Below are positions 41,737-51,462 of a stretch of 64,000 nucleotides of DNA, piece by piece. Position 1 is the stretch's first letter; every line of letters starts with the position of its first letter. The notes under the pieces are model-generated. The model made no database searches, was not told the origin of the DNA, and worked only from the letters and a program-made list of their open reading frames with translations. This stretch comes from Chthonomonadales bacterium. Its GTDB lineage: Bacteria; Armatimonadota; Chthonomonadetes; Chthonomonadales; CAJBBX01. The stretch lies in assembly GCA_027459625.1 (NCBI GenBank), contig DAIDHP010000008.1, forward strand, positions 38,862-102,861. Direction: 5' to 3'. Both the position numbers and the translations under genes were made by a program.

Positions 41737-41949
41737 ATGCCTGTTCCCCATCCACCTAAATCAGGGCAAACCAATGAAGAGCGTGTTATTCGCTTGGAAC
41801 AGGAAATCCACCGTTTGAAGGAGAAACCGGATCGTACTACCGGTTCCTCCAATAACTCCGCAACGCCCTCTTATATCCCCTGGGTGGCGATAATCATCTC
41901 CTGCGCAGCCCTCATTCTGGCTCTCCTATGCTTGTTGAAATCCGCTTAA
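41737..41949 (+). CDS. Small tail-anchored membrane protein (70 aa; coiled-coil plus C-terminal TM)
   Basis: The ATG lies 2 nt after the preceding stop (ggtTGAagATG). ERVIRLEQEIHRLKEK heptad-like segment and WVAIIISCAALILALLCLL TM helix. Part of listed ORF 41581..41949. Confidence 0.4.
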   Translation: MPVPHPPKSGQTNEERVIRLEQEIHRLKEKPDRTTGSSNNSATPSYIPWVAIIISCAALILALLCLLKSA

Positions 41950-42062
41950 TCCGCGCATCATCATTAAACATGAGGTAATTGCAAATTCGGGGAATAATGT
42001 CAATACGGCAAATTTGACATATGTGATACGTTGAACAGTGTTTTTTTGCAATTTCCTGACAC

Positions 42063-43097
42063 CTAGAACTTGATCATAACCTTTATCGCCTTGCGATCGT
42101 TCATCTCTCGGTATCCATCGGGGACGCCTTCGATGTCCGTTATCCGATCAAATACACGCCCCGGGTTAATTCCTCCATCGAGAACATCCGGCAACAATTC
42201 CTCTATGTAAGCGCGAACAGGCGCGGGCCCGCCGGAAACGGTGATGTTGTTGTAAAACGTTGGTTGGGCTGCCGGAATAGTTTGTTCCTGAGGAACCCCT
42301 ACGCGTCCGACCGATCCGCCGGGACGAGCGATGCTCAGCGCCGTAAGCATAGATTGTTCTAGCCCCACGCATTCGAGAACGGAATGCGCTCCCAACCCAT
42401 GTGTGATTTCACGAACGCGTTCAACGGCATCATCGCCTCGCTCGCTAACGATGTCAGTTGCGCCAAACTCCTTCGCCAAAGCTATCCGGTCGGGATGTCT
42501 TCCCAGCAAGATGATTCTCCCAGCGCCGAGCCTGCGAGCGGCTAACACGCCGCAAATGCCGACCGCGCCATCGCCAACAACAGCCACGGTCTTTCCGGGA
42601 CCAACCTTGGCGCATACCGCCGCGTGATGCCCTGTTCCCATCACGTCGGAGAGCGTAAGCAAAGACGGCATGAGATCATCGTCCCTGCCGACAGGCAGAA
42701 CGACTAGTGTTCCATCCGCCTGTGGAACGCGCACCGCTTCCGATTGAGCACCGCCTACATCCCCGATACCAAAGAAACCGCCATGCATGCATGAAGTGTG
42801 CAGTCCCTCACGGCAAAAAATACACGTACCATCAGAAAAGGCGAACGGAGCCACTACGAGATCACCGCGTTTGACCTTGCGTACCTCGGAACCGACAGCA
42901 TCCACCACGCCAATTAATTCATGCCCCATACTACGTCCCGTTTCGCTTGGATTCATGGTTTTGTACGGCCAAAGGTCGCTTCCGCAGATGCAGGCGCGCG
43001 TGATGACAACCAAGGCGTCAGTCGGTTCGATGATCCGCACGTCGGGAACTGTTTCAACACGTACGTCTCCGGGTCCATACATTAATGTCGCTTTCAT
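42063..43097 (-). CDS. Zinc-dependent medium-chain alcohol dehydrogenase family
   Basis: GHELIGVV zinc site, structural-zinc Cys cluster (CIFCREGLHTSC), VVGDGAVG Rossmann motif. Start at 43097 (MKATLMYGPG) or 43106. Confidence 0.85.
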   Translation of the reverse strand: MKATLMYGPGDVRVETVPDVRIIEPTDALVVITRACICGSDLWPYKTMNPSETGRSMGHELIGVVDAVGSEVRKVKRGDLVVAPFAFSDGTCIFCREGLHTSCMHGGFFGIGDVGGAQSEAVRVPQADGTLVVLPVGRDDDLMPSLLTLSDVMGTGHHAAVCAKVGPGKTVAVVGDGAVGICGVLAARRLGAGRIILLGRHPDRIALAKEFGATDIVSERGDDAVERVREITHGLGAHSVLECVGLEQSMLTALSIARPGGSVGRVGVPQEQTIPAAQPTFYNNITVSGGPAPVRAYIEELLPDVLDGGINPGRVFDRITDIEGVPDGYREMNDRKAIKVMIKF

Positions 43098-43124
43098 TAT
43101 GATCATTACCTTTCATGAATGGTA

Positions 43125-44123
<999 letters not shown>

Positions 44124-44174
44124 TTAAACTCCTATAATTGAATTGACGCTATGAAATTTGCTTCGAAATTGTGA

Positions 44175-44558
44175 CTATCGGGAGTTATACTCATCATCGC
44201 TAACATGCTCCATCCAGTCAACAACTTTACCATCTTTCCGCTCTTGAATTGCAATATGTGTCATGGCGCACGATGGCGAAGCCCCATGCCAATGTTTCTC
44301 ACCGGGCGGGAACCAGATAACGTCGCCTGGTCGAATTTCCTCAATCGCACCGCTCCACCGTTGCGCCATGCCAGTGCCAGCCGTCACAATCAATGTCTGC
44401 CCCAACGGGTGAGTATGCCACGCTGTTCGAGAACCTGGCTCGAATGTGACACTAGCTCCAAAAGCATTCGAGGGAGGGTTTGCCTGAAATAGCGGGTCAA
44501 CACGTACCGATCCTGTGAAATAATCCGCCGAACTTTCACCGAGGGTTGAGAACCGCAT
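44175..44558 (-). CDS. Cupin domain protein
   Basis: [15 protein letters not shown] ... [15 protein letters not shown], the two-motif cupin signature. Confidence 0.8.
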   Translation of the reverse strand: MRFSTLGESSADYFTGSVRVDPLFQANPPSNAFGASVTFEPGSRTAWHTHPLGQTLIVTAGTGMAQRWSGAIEEIRPGDVIWFPPGEKHWHGASPSCAMTHIAIQERKDGKVVDWMEHVSDDEYNSR

Positions 44559-44679
44559 CGCATGATATCCATTTTTGATTCATTCCTTATTGAACTTGCG
44601 CTATATATTCTTGAGCAATCTATCTACATCATATAATAGCAAGATACGATTTTTCAGAAGTTTTCGGATCGTGATATGA

Positions 44680-44743
44680 GCGTAAAATGCATCGTTCTCC
44701 GAGTTACGCTGCTATCTGTCCGATCTACAGTCTTATTTTACGC
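44680..44743. promoter_or_regulatory. 9-bp inverted repeat in the AraC/cupin divergent intergenic region (candidate operator)
   Basis: GCGTAAAAT at 44680-44688 and ATTTTACGC at 44735-44743. Confidence 0.2.
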
Positions 44744-44902
44744 CTGAACAAAAGGAGGATGTTAGACCAATCCTGTTCATTTCTTGCCTAATCGTCCGAG
44801 ATACTACATAGATGAATCCAAAGTGACATTTGCTTTGGTAATATTAGGTATATGAAACTGATATGCCAGCCAATGATAATGCTTTAGTTCGGGGATAATG
44901 AA

Positions 44903-45829
44903 ATGGAAAATGCTCTTGAGGCTCTTGGCGATCGCATTGCCAAATGGACCCGTAAGGATGAACGATACTTAACGGCGATACCAAATCTTATGTTATCTCG
45001 TAGGAATGAGCCAACCCAACCGACAAGCGGCATGTACGAACCGAGTATATGTCTGATCGCACAGGGTGCGAAACGAGTATTGCTTGGCGATGATATGTAT
45101 GTGTATGACGATCGGCATTTTTTGATCACCTCCGTGGACCTTCCAACGGTTGTGCAAATTATCAAAGCGAGCGGTGAGAAACCATTCTTGGGGCTTTTAT
45201 TGAAACTTGACAGACGCGAAATATCACAATTGATGATGGACAGTAGCCTGCCTCCCCCTCACCCTCAACAATCCAGTCGCGGAATGGCGATTGGGGATGT
45301 CACCCCGCCTCTAATCAACGCTTTTCAACGGTTAATAGATTTGCTAGATGAACCGAAGGATATCCCGATCCTTGCGCCTATCATCCAGAGGGAGATATTT
45401 TACCGTTTGCTCGTGGGCGATCAGGGGGTTCGTTTACGTCAGATGTCGTCCGCGGGAAGTCAGAGTCAACAGATCGCGAGAGCGATAGAATGGTTGAAGG
45501 GCAACTTCGCACAACCATTGCGTATTGATGACCTTGCAATGCAAGCCAATATGAGCGCATCCACATTTCATCATCATTTCCGAATCTTGACAGCGATGAG
45601 TCCTCTGCAGTATCAGAAATGGCTTCGTTTAAACGAAGCACGACGGATGATGCTCATCGAACATGCGGATGCCACCACCGCAGCGTTTCAAGTCGGCTAC
45701 GAGAGTCCTTCGCAGTTTAGTCGTGAGTATAGTCGTCTTTTCGGCACGCCGCCCTTACGTGATATCATGAATCTTAGACAGATGAATGTCGAAGAAAAAT
45801 CGCAAGATATGACTGCTCAAACAGAATGA
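44903..45829 (+). CDS. AraC-family transcription regulator (AraC_N-type sensor plus HTH_18)
   Basis: C-terminal double HTH (LAMQANMSASTFHHHFRILTAMSPLQYQKWLRLNEARRMM...GYESPSQFSREYSRLFG). Divergent from the cupin/AKR/ADH genes. Confidence 0.85.
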   Translation: MENALEALGDRIAKWTRKDERYLTAIPNLMLSRRNEPTQPTSGMYEPSICLIAQGAKRVLLGDDMYVYDDRHFLITSVDLPTVVQIIKASGEKPFLGLLLKLDRREISQLMMDSSLPPPHPQQSSRGMAIGDVTPPLINAFQRLIDLLDEPKDIPILAPIIQREIFYRLLVGDQGVRLRQMSSAGSQSQQIARAIEWLKGNFAQPLRIDDLAMQANMSASTFHHHFRILTAMSPLQYQKWLRLNEARRMMLIEHADATTAAFQVGYESPSQFSREYSRLFGTPPLRDIMNLRQMNVEEKSQDMTAQTE

Positions 45830-45838
45830 ATTTATAGG

Positions 45839-45870
45839 GGCGTTATGGAATCATTCATTTTCCATACGCC
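45839..45870 (+). terminator. Hairpin after the AraC-family gene
   Basis: GGCGTTATGGAA / TTCCATACGCC, 11 bp with one bulge and a 9-nt loop. No clear T-tract. Confidence 0.25.
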
Positions 45871-45975
45871 CATTCCATATAAGGCATTCTCGATTAACCG
45901 GATGCGAAACAAAACGGACATTGGTTTGCTTGAATATAACGCCTGAAGATTTTTTTTGACAGGCAATTGCAACAA

Positions 45976-46005
45976 TAATGGGAGTAATGGCAATAATGTA
46001 GTAAG
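45976..46005 (+). repeat. Three to four copies of a 9-nt period (TAATGGnnn) upstream of the 1033-aa ORF
   Basis: TAATG at 45976, 45985 and 45994 (period 9), with gtaag at 46001. TTGACA occurs about 20 nt upstream. Confidence 0.3.
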
Positions 46006-46052
46006 CGAAATGTTCAGGGCATTCCATCTATTTCAAAGGAAGGTGGATCGGA

Positions 46053-49000
46053 ATGAAGGAGAGTGCAAAAGCGTCTAATAATCCAACCTCATGTGCGTCC
46101 ATGCATGAATTAAATCGCATCAATATGGCGCCATTCGCCAAGGTGGTGACTTTCGATCCTATCCGTAACGATGGGTGTCACTCCAATCGCATCCAAGAGT
46201 TTCAGGAAGAGGATATCTTTCTTGAAACTGATCTTTATCCTTCTTCGAACGGCTTATACACCGTGCCTGTTTACCCTCATTCCACCGGATGCATTGGCCT
46301 TCATTGGATGGAACGACGAAATCTGAAGGCGATTGGTCTCCGCACGGTAAATCCTCCCGTCAAATATCCGGTTGATCACATACAAGTACAAGGATGGGTT
46401 GGTGAGAGCGCTTGGCAGGGCGAATGGCGAACGTTCGTGGGAGATATCCGTATTGATGAGAACCTGTTGTTTCTCGCACCTCATTGGCTCGAAGCCCCTG
46501 ATTTGACCGTGGAAACTCAGAAGATACGCTGGATTTTCCCCGTCTGCGATAAACTGCTCAAGGTCCGCGAATTCCAAGCGTATACCGATATCACCTGCGG
46601 TACAATCGAAATTAGCCTTGAATTTGTACAAACTTCGTCAGTCGAAAACGGCTCAGTTGAAATATACAACGGAGCGTTTGATGACAATGGTAATGGATGC
46701 ACACCCCTTCAACGCATATGGAATCTCTCGGAAAAAATATCTCTTCGATTGATACACGCAGTAGTGAGCGAATTGAAACGGGACGGAACGATACTACGAT
46801 TTCATCTGCCACACTCATCCTTCGCGGTTGCGGTTGATGATGTAATTGCTAACGGATGCGTCTGGGTACCATCCGCAAAGGTTTTTATAGCCTTGAATAA
46901 CTATCCGTTAAATGCGGATCAGTATCTGAAAAGCATTAGGAATCGCAAAACCATTCTTCAAAAAGTAAGGGAGGCTCCGGATCAAACTCTGTCACATGCC
47001 TTGGCGGTAACTCGCAATCCCATCCAGGATAATGGCCCAATGATGCTCTCGCTTGCGTGCGATAACGCCAAATTCATCTGCAGTCAGGATGGATCAATCC
47101 AATGGCGGGAATACGAATTGCGTTCCTATTACGGCGGAAATGAAAGCATTCCAACGACGATGTCATTAAGCAAAGGCTGGTTACCTTGTCCAACGATAAT
47201 TGGAATTAGGGACGGAGTTGAATATCGGCAATCCGTTTTCGTAACGCCCCACACTAAAAAAATGAGCGTCAAGCCGAACTTGTCCTGGATTAGTCATCAT
47301 GCATTAGGCGTCGCTCAGTATGCAGCGGAAAACACCTCCGAGGACGTAAGAAATGTTTCATTGGCATTCGAATTCCATCAGCAAAATAATCACCCGGAAT
47401 TGGAGATCTATTTCGTCTCGGACGGGGCGGTTGTTTGTCAAGGGGATAACGTCGTGGCATATGCGGTGATTCATTCCGAATCGCCTCTAAAGCTCTTCAT
47501 ATCCGGCGACGCGATCCATTTGCAATGCGCTCTTCCAGCTAAAGGCGTCGATGAAGTGACCATATACCTACCCTCTTGGGAACTCACACCTGAGGACTAT
47601 GCAGGCATATGCGACGGGAAAAAACCGTATGACTGTTTCGAGAGATATTGGGCGGATATCCTCGACTCCGTAATGCGGATCGAAACTCCTGACACTTTTC
47701 TGAACAATGTTATTAAGGCGTCGCAGGTTAGCTGCCTCATCGCCTCGCGAAATGAAAAGGAAGGCAAGTTCATCGCGCCGTGGATCGCATCCATGGCGTA
47801 TGGACCGTTGGATAGCGAAGCGAATTCGATCATTCGAGGAATGGATGCATTCGGCTATAAGGAGTTCGCTCGCAAATCGTTGGAATTTTTCATTCACCGA
47901 TACACACCCGAAGGGTTCGTCACTCCGGAATACACCTTGATGGGAACCGGCTGGCACCTTTGGACCGTCGGACAGCATTACAATTTAAACGAGGATCACA
48001 AATGGCTGGATGAGAATTCCTCCGAGTTGGTGAGAGTTGGCGAATGGATCATAAAACAGTGCGAGAAAACCAAAGTGTTCAACCCCAATTTGGAAAAATC
48101 CGTAGAATTTGGGTTGGCGCCTCCGGGAGTGATGGCGGACTGGAACGCTTTCGCATATCATTTCTCCTTGAACGGATATTACTACGCCGGCATCCGAGCG
48201 ATAGGAGAGGTATTGGAAAGCATCTCTCATCCCAAGGCGAATGAGTTTACGCAATTTGCGAAGGAGTACCGGGAGAATATTCGTCGCGCATATCATGACA
48301 CTCAAACGATAACTCCCGTTTTGCCTCTCCGAAATGGTGAATGGGTGATCGGATATCCCTCGCAGGCATATTCCCCCGGTCGCGTGGCGGAGTACTTTCC
48401 CGGCGAGGATAGCAACCGCACCTCAGCGTATGACATTGAGCTAGGCGCCCATCAACTTGTTCCTCAAGGCGTTCTGGATTCGAACGAACCGGATGTATTT
48501 GGAATGATGGAGCATATGGAGGATGTCGCATTCCTCTCGGATGGATGGCATGATTACGCCGCTCGGAAATCCGAGGCGGACTGGTTCAATATGGGAGGCT
48601 TCTCGAAAATTCAACCCTATTACACCCGTAACATGGAAATTTACGCCGATCATGATGAAGTTCGCCCTTTCATCCGCTCCTATTTCAATACATTAGCCTC
48701 TTTATTGAACACGAAGAATTTGACGCTATGGGAGCATTTCCATAACGTTGGAGCTTGGAATAAGACGCATGAAACCGGTTATTTCCTCTTATACACACGT
48801 TTGATGATGATCATGGAGCGCGGAGAGGATTTGTGGATAGCTCCCTTCGTTACTTCCGAATGGTTGCGCGATGGAATGGTTTTATCGATCAGCAATGCGC
48901 CTAGCAAGTTTGGAACCACAAGTTATCGCATCGCCTCTCACATACGCGAGTACCGGATGGAAATCTATGTTGATAATCATTTCCGGAAAGCCCCTGCATC

Positions 49001-49154
49001 CGCAGTTATTCGTTTACGACATCCTGATGGCGTACCGATGAGCGCAGTCTTTTTGAACGACAAACCGATACGATCGTTCGACCCCACCAGAGATATCATC
49101 TTTGTCCCAGGGGATTTGGAGAAAATACATATCACAGCGATGTTCCTACAATAA
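46053..49154 (+). CDS. Large cytoplasmic hypothetical protein (1033 aa), C-terminal half possibly an (alpha/alpha)6 glycosidase-like fold
   Basis: Long uninterrupted ORF with protein-like composition and no signal peptide. The fold guess rests only on helix-rich, Trp/Tyr-rich C-terminal segments (GTGWHLWTVGQHY..., NGYYYAGIRA...). The start could be an internal Met. Confidence 0.6.
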   Translation: MKESAKASNNPTSCASMHELNRINMAPFAKVVTFDPIRNDGCHSNRIQEFQEEDIFLETDLYPSSNGLYTVPVYPHSTGCIGLHWMERRNLKAIGLRTVNPPVKYPVDHIQVQGWVGESAWQGEWRTFVGDIRIDENLLFLAPHWLEAPDLTVETQKIRWIFPVCDKLLKVREFQAYTDITCGTIEISLEFVQTSSVENGSVEIYNGAFDDNGNGCTPLQRIWNLSEKISLRLIHAVVSELKRDGTILRFHLPHSSFAVAVDDVIANGCVWVPSAKVFIALNNYPLNADQYLKSIRNRKTILQKVREAPDQTLSHALAVTRNPIQDNGPMMLSLACDNAKFICSQDGSIQWREYELRSYYGGNESIPTTMSLSKGWLPCPTIIGIRDGVEYRQSVFVTPHTKKMSVKPNLSWISHHALGVAQYAAENTSEDVRNVSLAFEFHQQNNHPELEIYFVSDGAVVCQGDNVVAYAVIHSESPLKLFISGDAIHLQCALPAKGVDEVTIYLPSWELTPEDYAGICDGKKPYDCFERYWADILDSVMRIETPDTFLNNVIKASQVSCLIASRNEKEGKFIAPWIASMAYGPLDSEANSIIRGMDAFGYKEFARKSLEFFIHRYTPEGFVTPEYTLMGTGWHLWTVGQHYNLNEDHKWLDENSSELVRVGEWIIKQCEKTKVFNPNLEKSVEFGLAPPGVMADWNAFAYHFSLNGYYYAGIRAIGEVLESISHPKANEFTQFAKEYRENIRRAYHDTQTITPVLPLRNGEWVIGYPSQAYSPGRVAEYFPGEDSNRTSAYDIELGAHQLVPQGVLDSNEPDVFGMMEHMEDVAFLSDGWHDYAARKSEADWFNMGGFSKIQPYYTRNMEIYADHDEVRPFIRSYFNTLASLLNTKNLTLWEHFHNVGAWNKTHETGYFLLYTRLMMIMERGEDLWIAPFVTSEWLRDGMVLSISNAPSKFGTTSYRIASHIREYRMEIYVDNHFRKAPASAVIRLRHPDGVPMSAVFLNDKPIRSFDPTRDIIFVPGDLEKIHITAMFLQ

Positions 49155-49372
49155 TGCATGAGCTTTGGAACGTATAAAATGTGAAGATATGGCTTGGTTT
49201 AAGGGGATTGATGAATAAGTCAGAGTATAAGACTGAGAACAAACAGATCACTTTCACAAAAACACTAAAAAGAGCAATTGCAAACATCCATATGTGAATT
49301 GATCTTATACAACGAATTCGAGTTTTTACATCCTCTTGGATGTTCCATCAAAAAAAAGATAGGAGGATCGCC

Positions 49373-50128
49373 ATGGACATTGGACTCAAAGGAAAAGTTG
49401 TTCTCGTTACCGGAGCCAGCCGGGGAATTGGATCCGCTATCGCGGAATCGATTGGCACGCATGGAGCGACAGTTGTTGTCAACTACATTAACAGCAAGGA
49501 GAAAGCGGAAGAGACTCTTAAAAAGATCAAGAGTGCAGGCGGGGACGGCATCATATGCAAAGCGGACGTGCGCGACGCGAACGAAGTAAACGAAATGGTG
49601 GACACCGCAATCAAGACCTATGGTCATATTGACGCGTTAGTAAACAACGCCAACATTAATTTCCCCGTCCGACCATTCATCACTCTCACTTGGGACGAGA
49701 TACACGCCAAGATATCGGGAGAGATGGCGGCACTATATAACTGTTCACAGGCAGTGCTGCGGGATATGCTGCCAAGAAAATCCGGCAAGCTTGTTTTTAT
49801 CAGCAGCGGTCTCTCCAGGCATCCCGGTTACGGTTTCTCCGCGCACTCGGCGGCAAAATCCGCCGTGGACAGCATCGCCAAAGTGATGGCAGTTGAGTTG
49901 GGTCCGGAAGGCATCACCGTGAATGTGGTTGGCCCTGGATTGGTTCGAACGGACGCCACCGCAGGACAGCCGGAAGAGATGCAGACGAGAGTAGCCGCTG
50001 CCACACCGCTTCGACGCATCGGGGAGCCGAAGGATATCGCCGGAGTGACAGTTTTTCTTTGCTCATCCTTATCAGACTTCGTAACCGGGGAATATTTCCC
50101 GGTGAACGGAGGGGCGTTTATGCTCTAA
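49373..50128 (+). CDS. Classical short-chain dehydrogenase/reductase (FabG-like)
   Basis: Start at Met12 (AGGAGG RBS). TGASRGIG, NNAN, ISSG...HSAAK, PGLVRTD. His occupies the usual catalytic Tyr position (see findings). Confidence 0.85.
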   Translation: MDIGLKGKVVLVTGASRGIGSAIAESIGTHGATVVVNYINSKEKAEETLKKIKSAGGDGIICKADVRDANEVNEMVDTAIKTYGHIDALVNNANINFPVRPFITLTWDEIHAKISGEMAALYNCSQAVLRDMLPRKSGKLVFISSGLSRHPGYGFSAHSAAKSAVDSIAKVMAVELGPEGITVNVVGPGLVRTDATAGQPEEMQTRVAAATPLRRIGEPKDIAGVTVFLCSSLSDFVTGEYFPVNGGAFML

Positions 50129-50173
50129 AAACAAATCGTGATTATCATTGACATCGCGACGGAGGATAAGACA

Positions 50174-50455
50174 ATGGCGGCAAGTAAGACATATGATATC
50201 AAAATCACCGTAGAATCCGTGGCGGGCAAATGCCCGAGGGGGAACAAGCCGGGGGATCAATTCATTGTGAACGGATCCACACCCGGGGGAATGTGCTTGG
50301 GCGCATTCGGCGCTTTACTGCCCGCGATTCAAACCCTTCGATACGGAGGAGGTTTCCCTTGGGAGAAAAATCCCAACGAGGCGCACATAGGATGCCCCGA
50401 TCATATTAACTCCGTGGTCTATCGATTGGAGAGAATTGTTCCGTCGGATAAATAG
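50174..50455 (+). CDS. TIGR04076-family small protein
   Basis: Start at Met13 (GGAGGA RBS). KITVESVAGKCP...GDQFIV...GGMCLGAFGALLPAIQTLRYGGGFPW...GCPD...VVYRLERI matches my memory of the TIGR04076 pattern. Confidence 0.65.
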   Translation: MAASKTYDIKITVESVAGKCPRGNKPGDQFIVNGSTPGGMCLGAFGALLPAIQTLRYGGGFPWEKNPNEAHIGCPDHINSVVYRLERIVPSDK

Positions 50456-50464
50456 AGGGTTGTA

Positions 50465-51170
50465 ATGAAAGTTCTTCTTATCTCGGCAAATACGGAATGG
50501 ACAAATATGCCGGTGATGCCGCTTGGATTGTCTTGCGTGGAGGAAGCGGTGAAAAATGCCGGACACGACATCCATGTTGCGGATCTGATGTATGATTGAG
50601 GCATATCTCTATCCTGAAAGGTACGCATCTTATGATTTCAACCTGAATGCATCGGGATATCCGTGAGAAACATCGACGATCAAAGCAGCCAAAATCCTCG
50701 GTTTCTTCCTCGAAACGTGAAGGATATCGTGAATAATTGCCGGGAATATTCACACGCCCCAATTGTTTTGGGCGGCGCGGGATACAGTATTTATCCCAAG
50801 AGCGCACGAACCTATCTGAACGCCGATTTTGGAATTCAGGGGGAGGGTGAGATAGCCTTCCCTCTGCTTTTGAATGCGCTTCAGAACAATGCGACACAAG
50901 CGCCAACCCCGGAACTTTTCTCAAAAGAAAAAGCGTCCTCAATGCCTATGAAATGGTGCGATTGCATCGACGAACACGCGTTGCGGGAACCTGATATTCT
51001 TTCAGCATCCAGTGATAATTCCAAGGATCGATGGATTACGGTTCGGACGCTTCGTGGTTGTCCGTTGCACTGCAACTATTGCTCCACTCCCACCATCGAA
51101 GAGGAAGTTTTACGCATGCGATCTCCTATCACCTCGTTTCCACATAGCCAATGGATTGGAGAATTGGCTT
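50465..51170 (+). pseudogene. B12-binding-domain radical SAM gene, disrupted by three in-frame TGA codons and truncated after the CxxxCxxC motif
   Basis: ATG at 50465 (GAGGG RBS) gives MKVLLISANTEWTNMPVMPLGLSCVEEAVKNAGHDIHVADLMYD. The same frame has TGA at 50597, 50615 and 50633. It then continues FQPECIGISVRNIDDQ...VLGGAGYSIYP...IQGEGE...RGCPLHCNYCSTPTIEE..LRMRSP. Recognisable similarity ends near 51150-51170, about half the usual length. The end coordinate is approximate. Confidence 0.7.
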
Positions 51171-51383
51171 CATACGCGGGTGAAAGAATGTCAAACAGCT
51201 CATCCGACAGTAGCGGTATAAAGTGTGTTATATGGATTTGCCTCGATTCACCCATGGTTATCAATAACATTAGCACAAGGACAATAAAAAATCGCGTCGA
51301 AGTCTTTTCATTAAGCGTCAAATACGTCTTTCGCTCCTCATATTCAAAACATTTGCGTTTATCTCCCATGCATGTATTTTCGC

Positions 51384-51412
51384 TTGACGCTCCGCCATAG
51401 GAATGCTATACT
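51384..51412 (+). promoter_or_regulatory. sigma70-type promoter upstream of cdaA
   Basis: TTGACG at 51384-51389, 17-nt spacer, TATACT at 51407-51412, about 50 nt before the cdaA ATG. Confidence 0.4.
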
Positions 51413-51462
51413 TATTTGTACTGTTTATTTTTTTCGGATATGTCACGCGAGGATAGTAGTTA

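Noticed and set aside
50597-50635. Genetic-code reassignment (TGA as Trp or Gly) or selenocysteine to explain the three in-frame TGAs.
   Set aside because: TGA terminates several well-supported genes in this window (pgpH, dgkA fusion, lptF/G, HIT). Three Sec codons 18 nt apart leave no room for individual SECIS hairpins. The gene is also 3'-truncated. A pseudogene is the simpler reading, though it is worth verifying.
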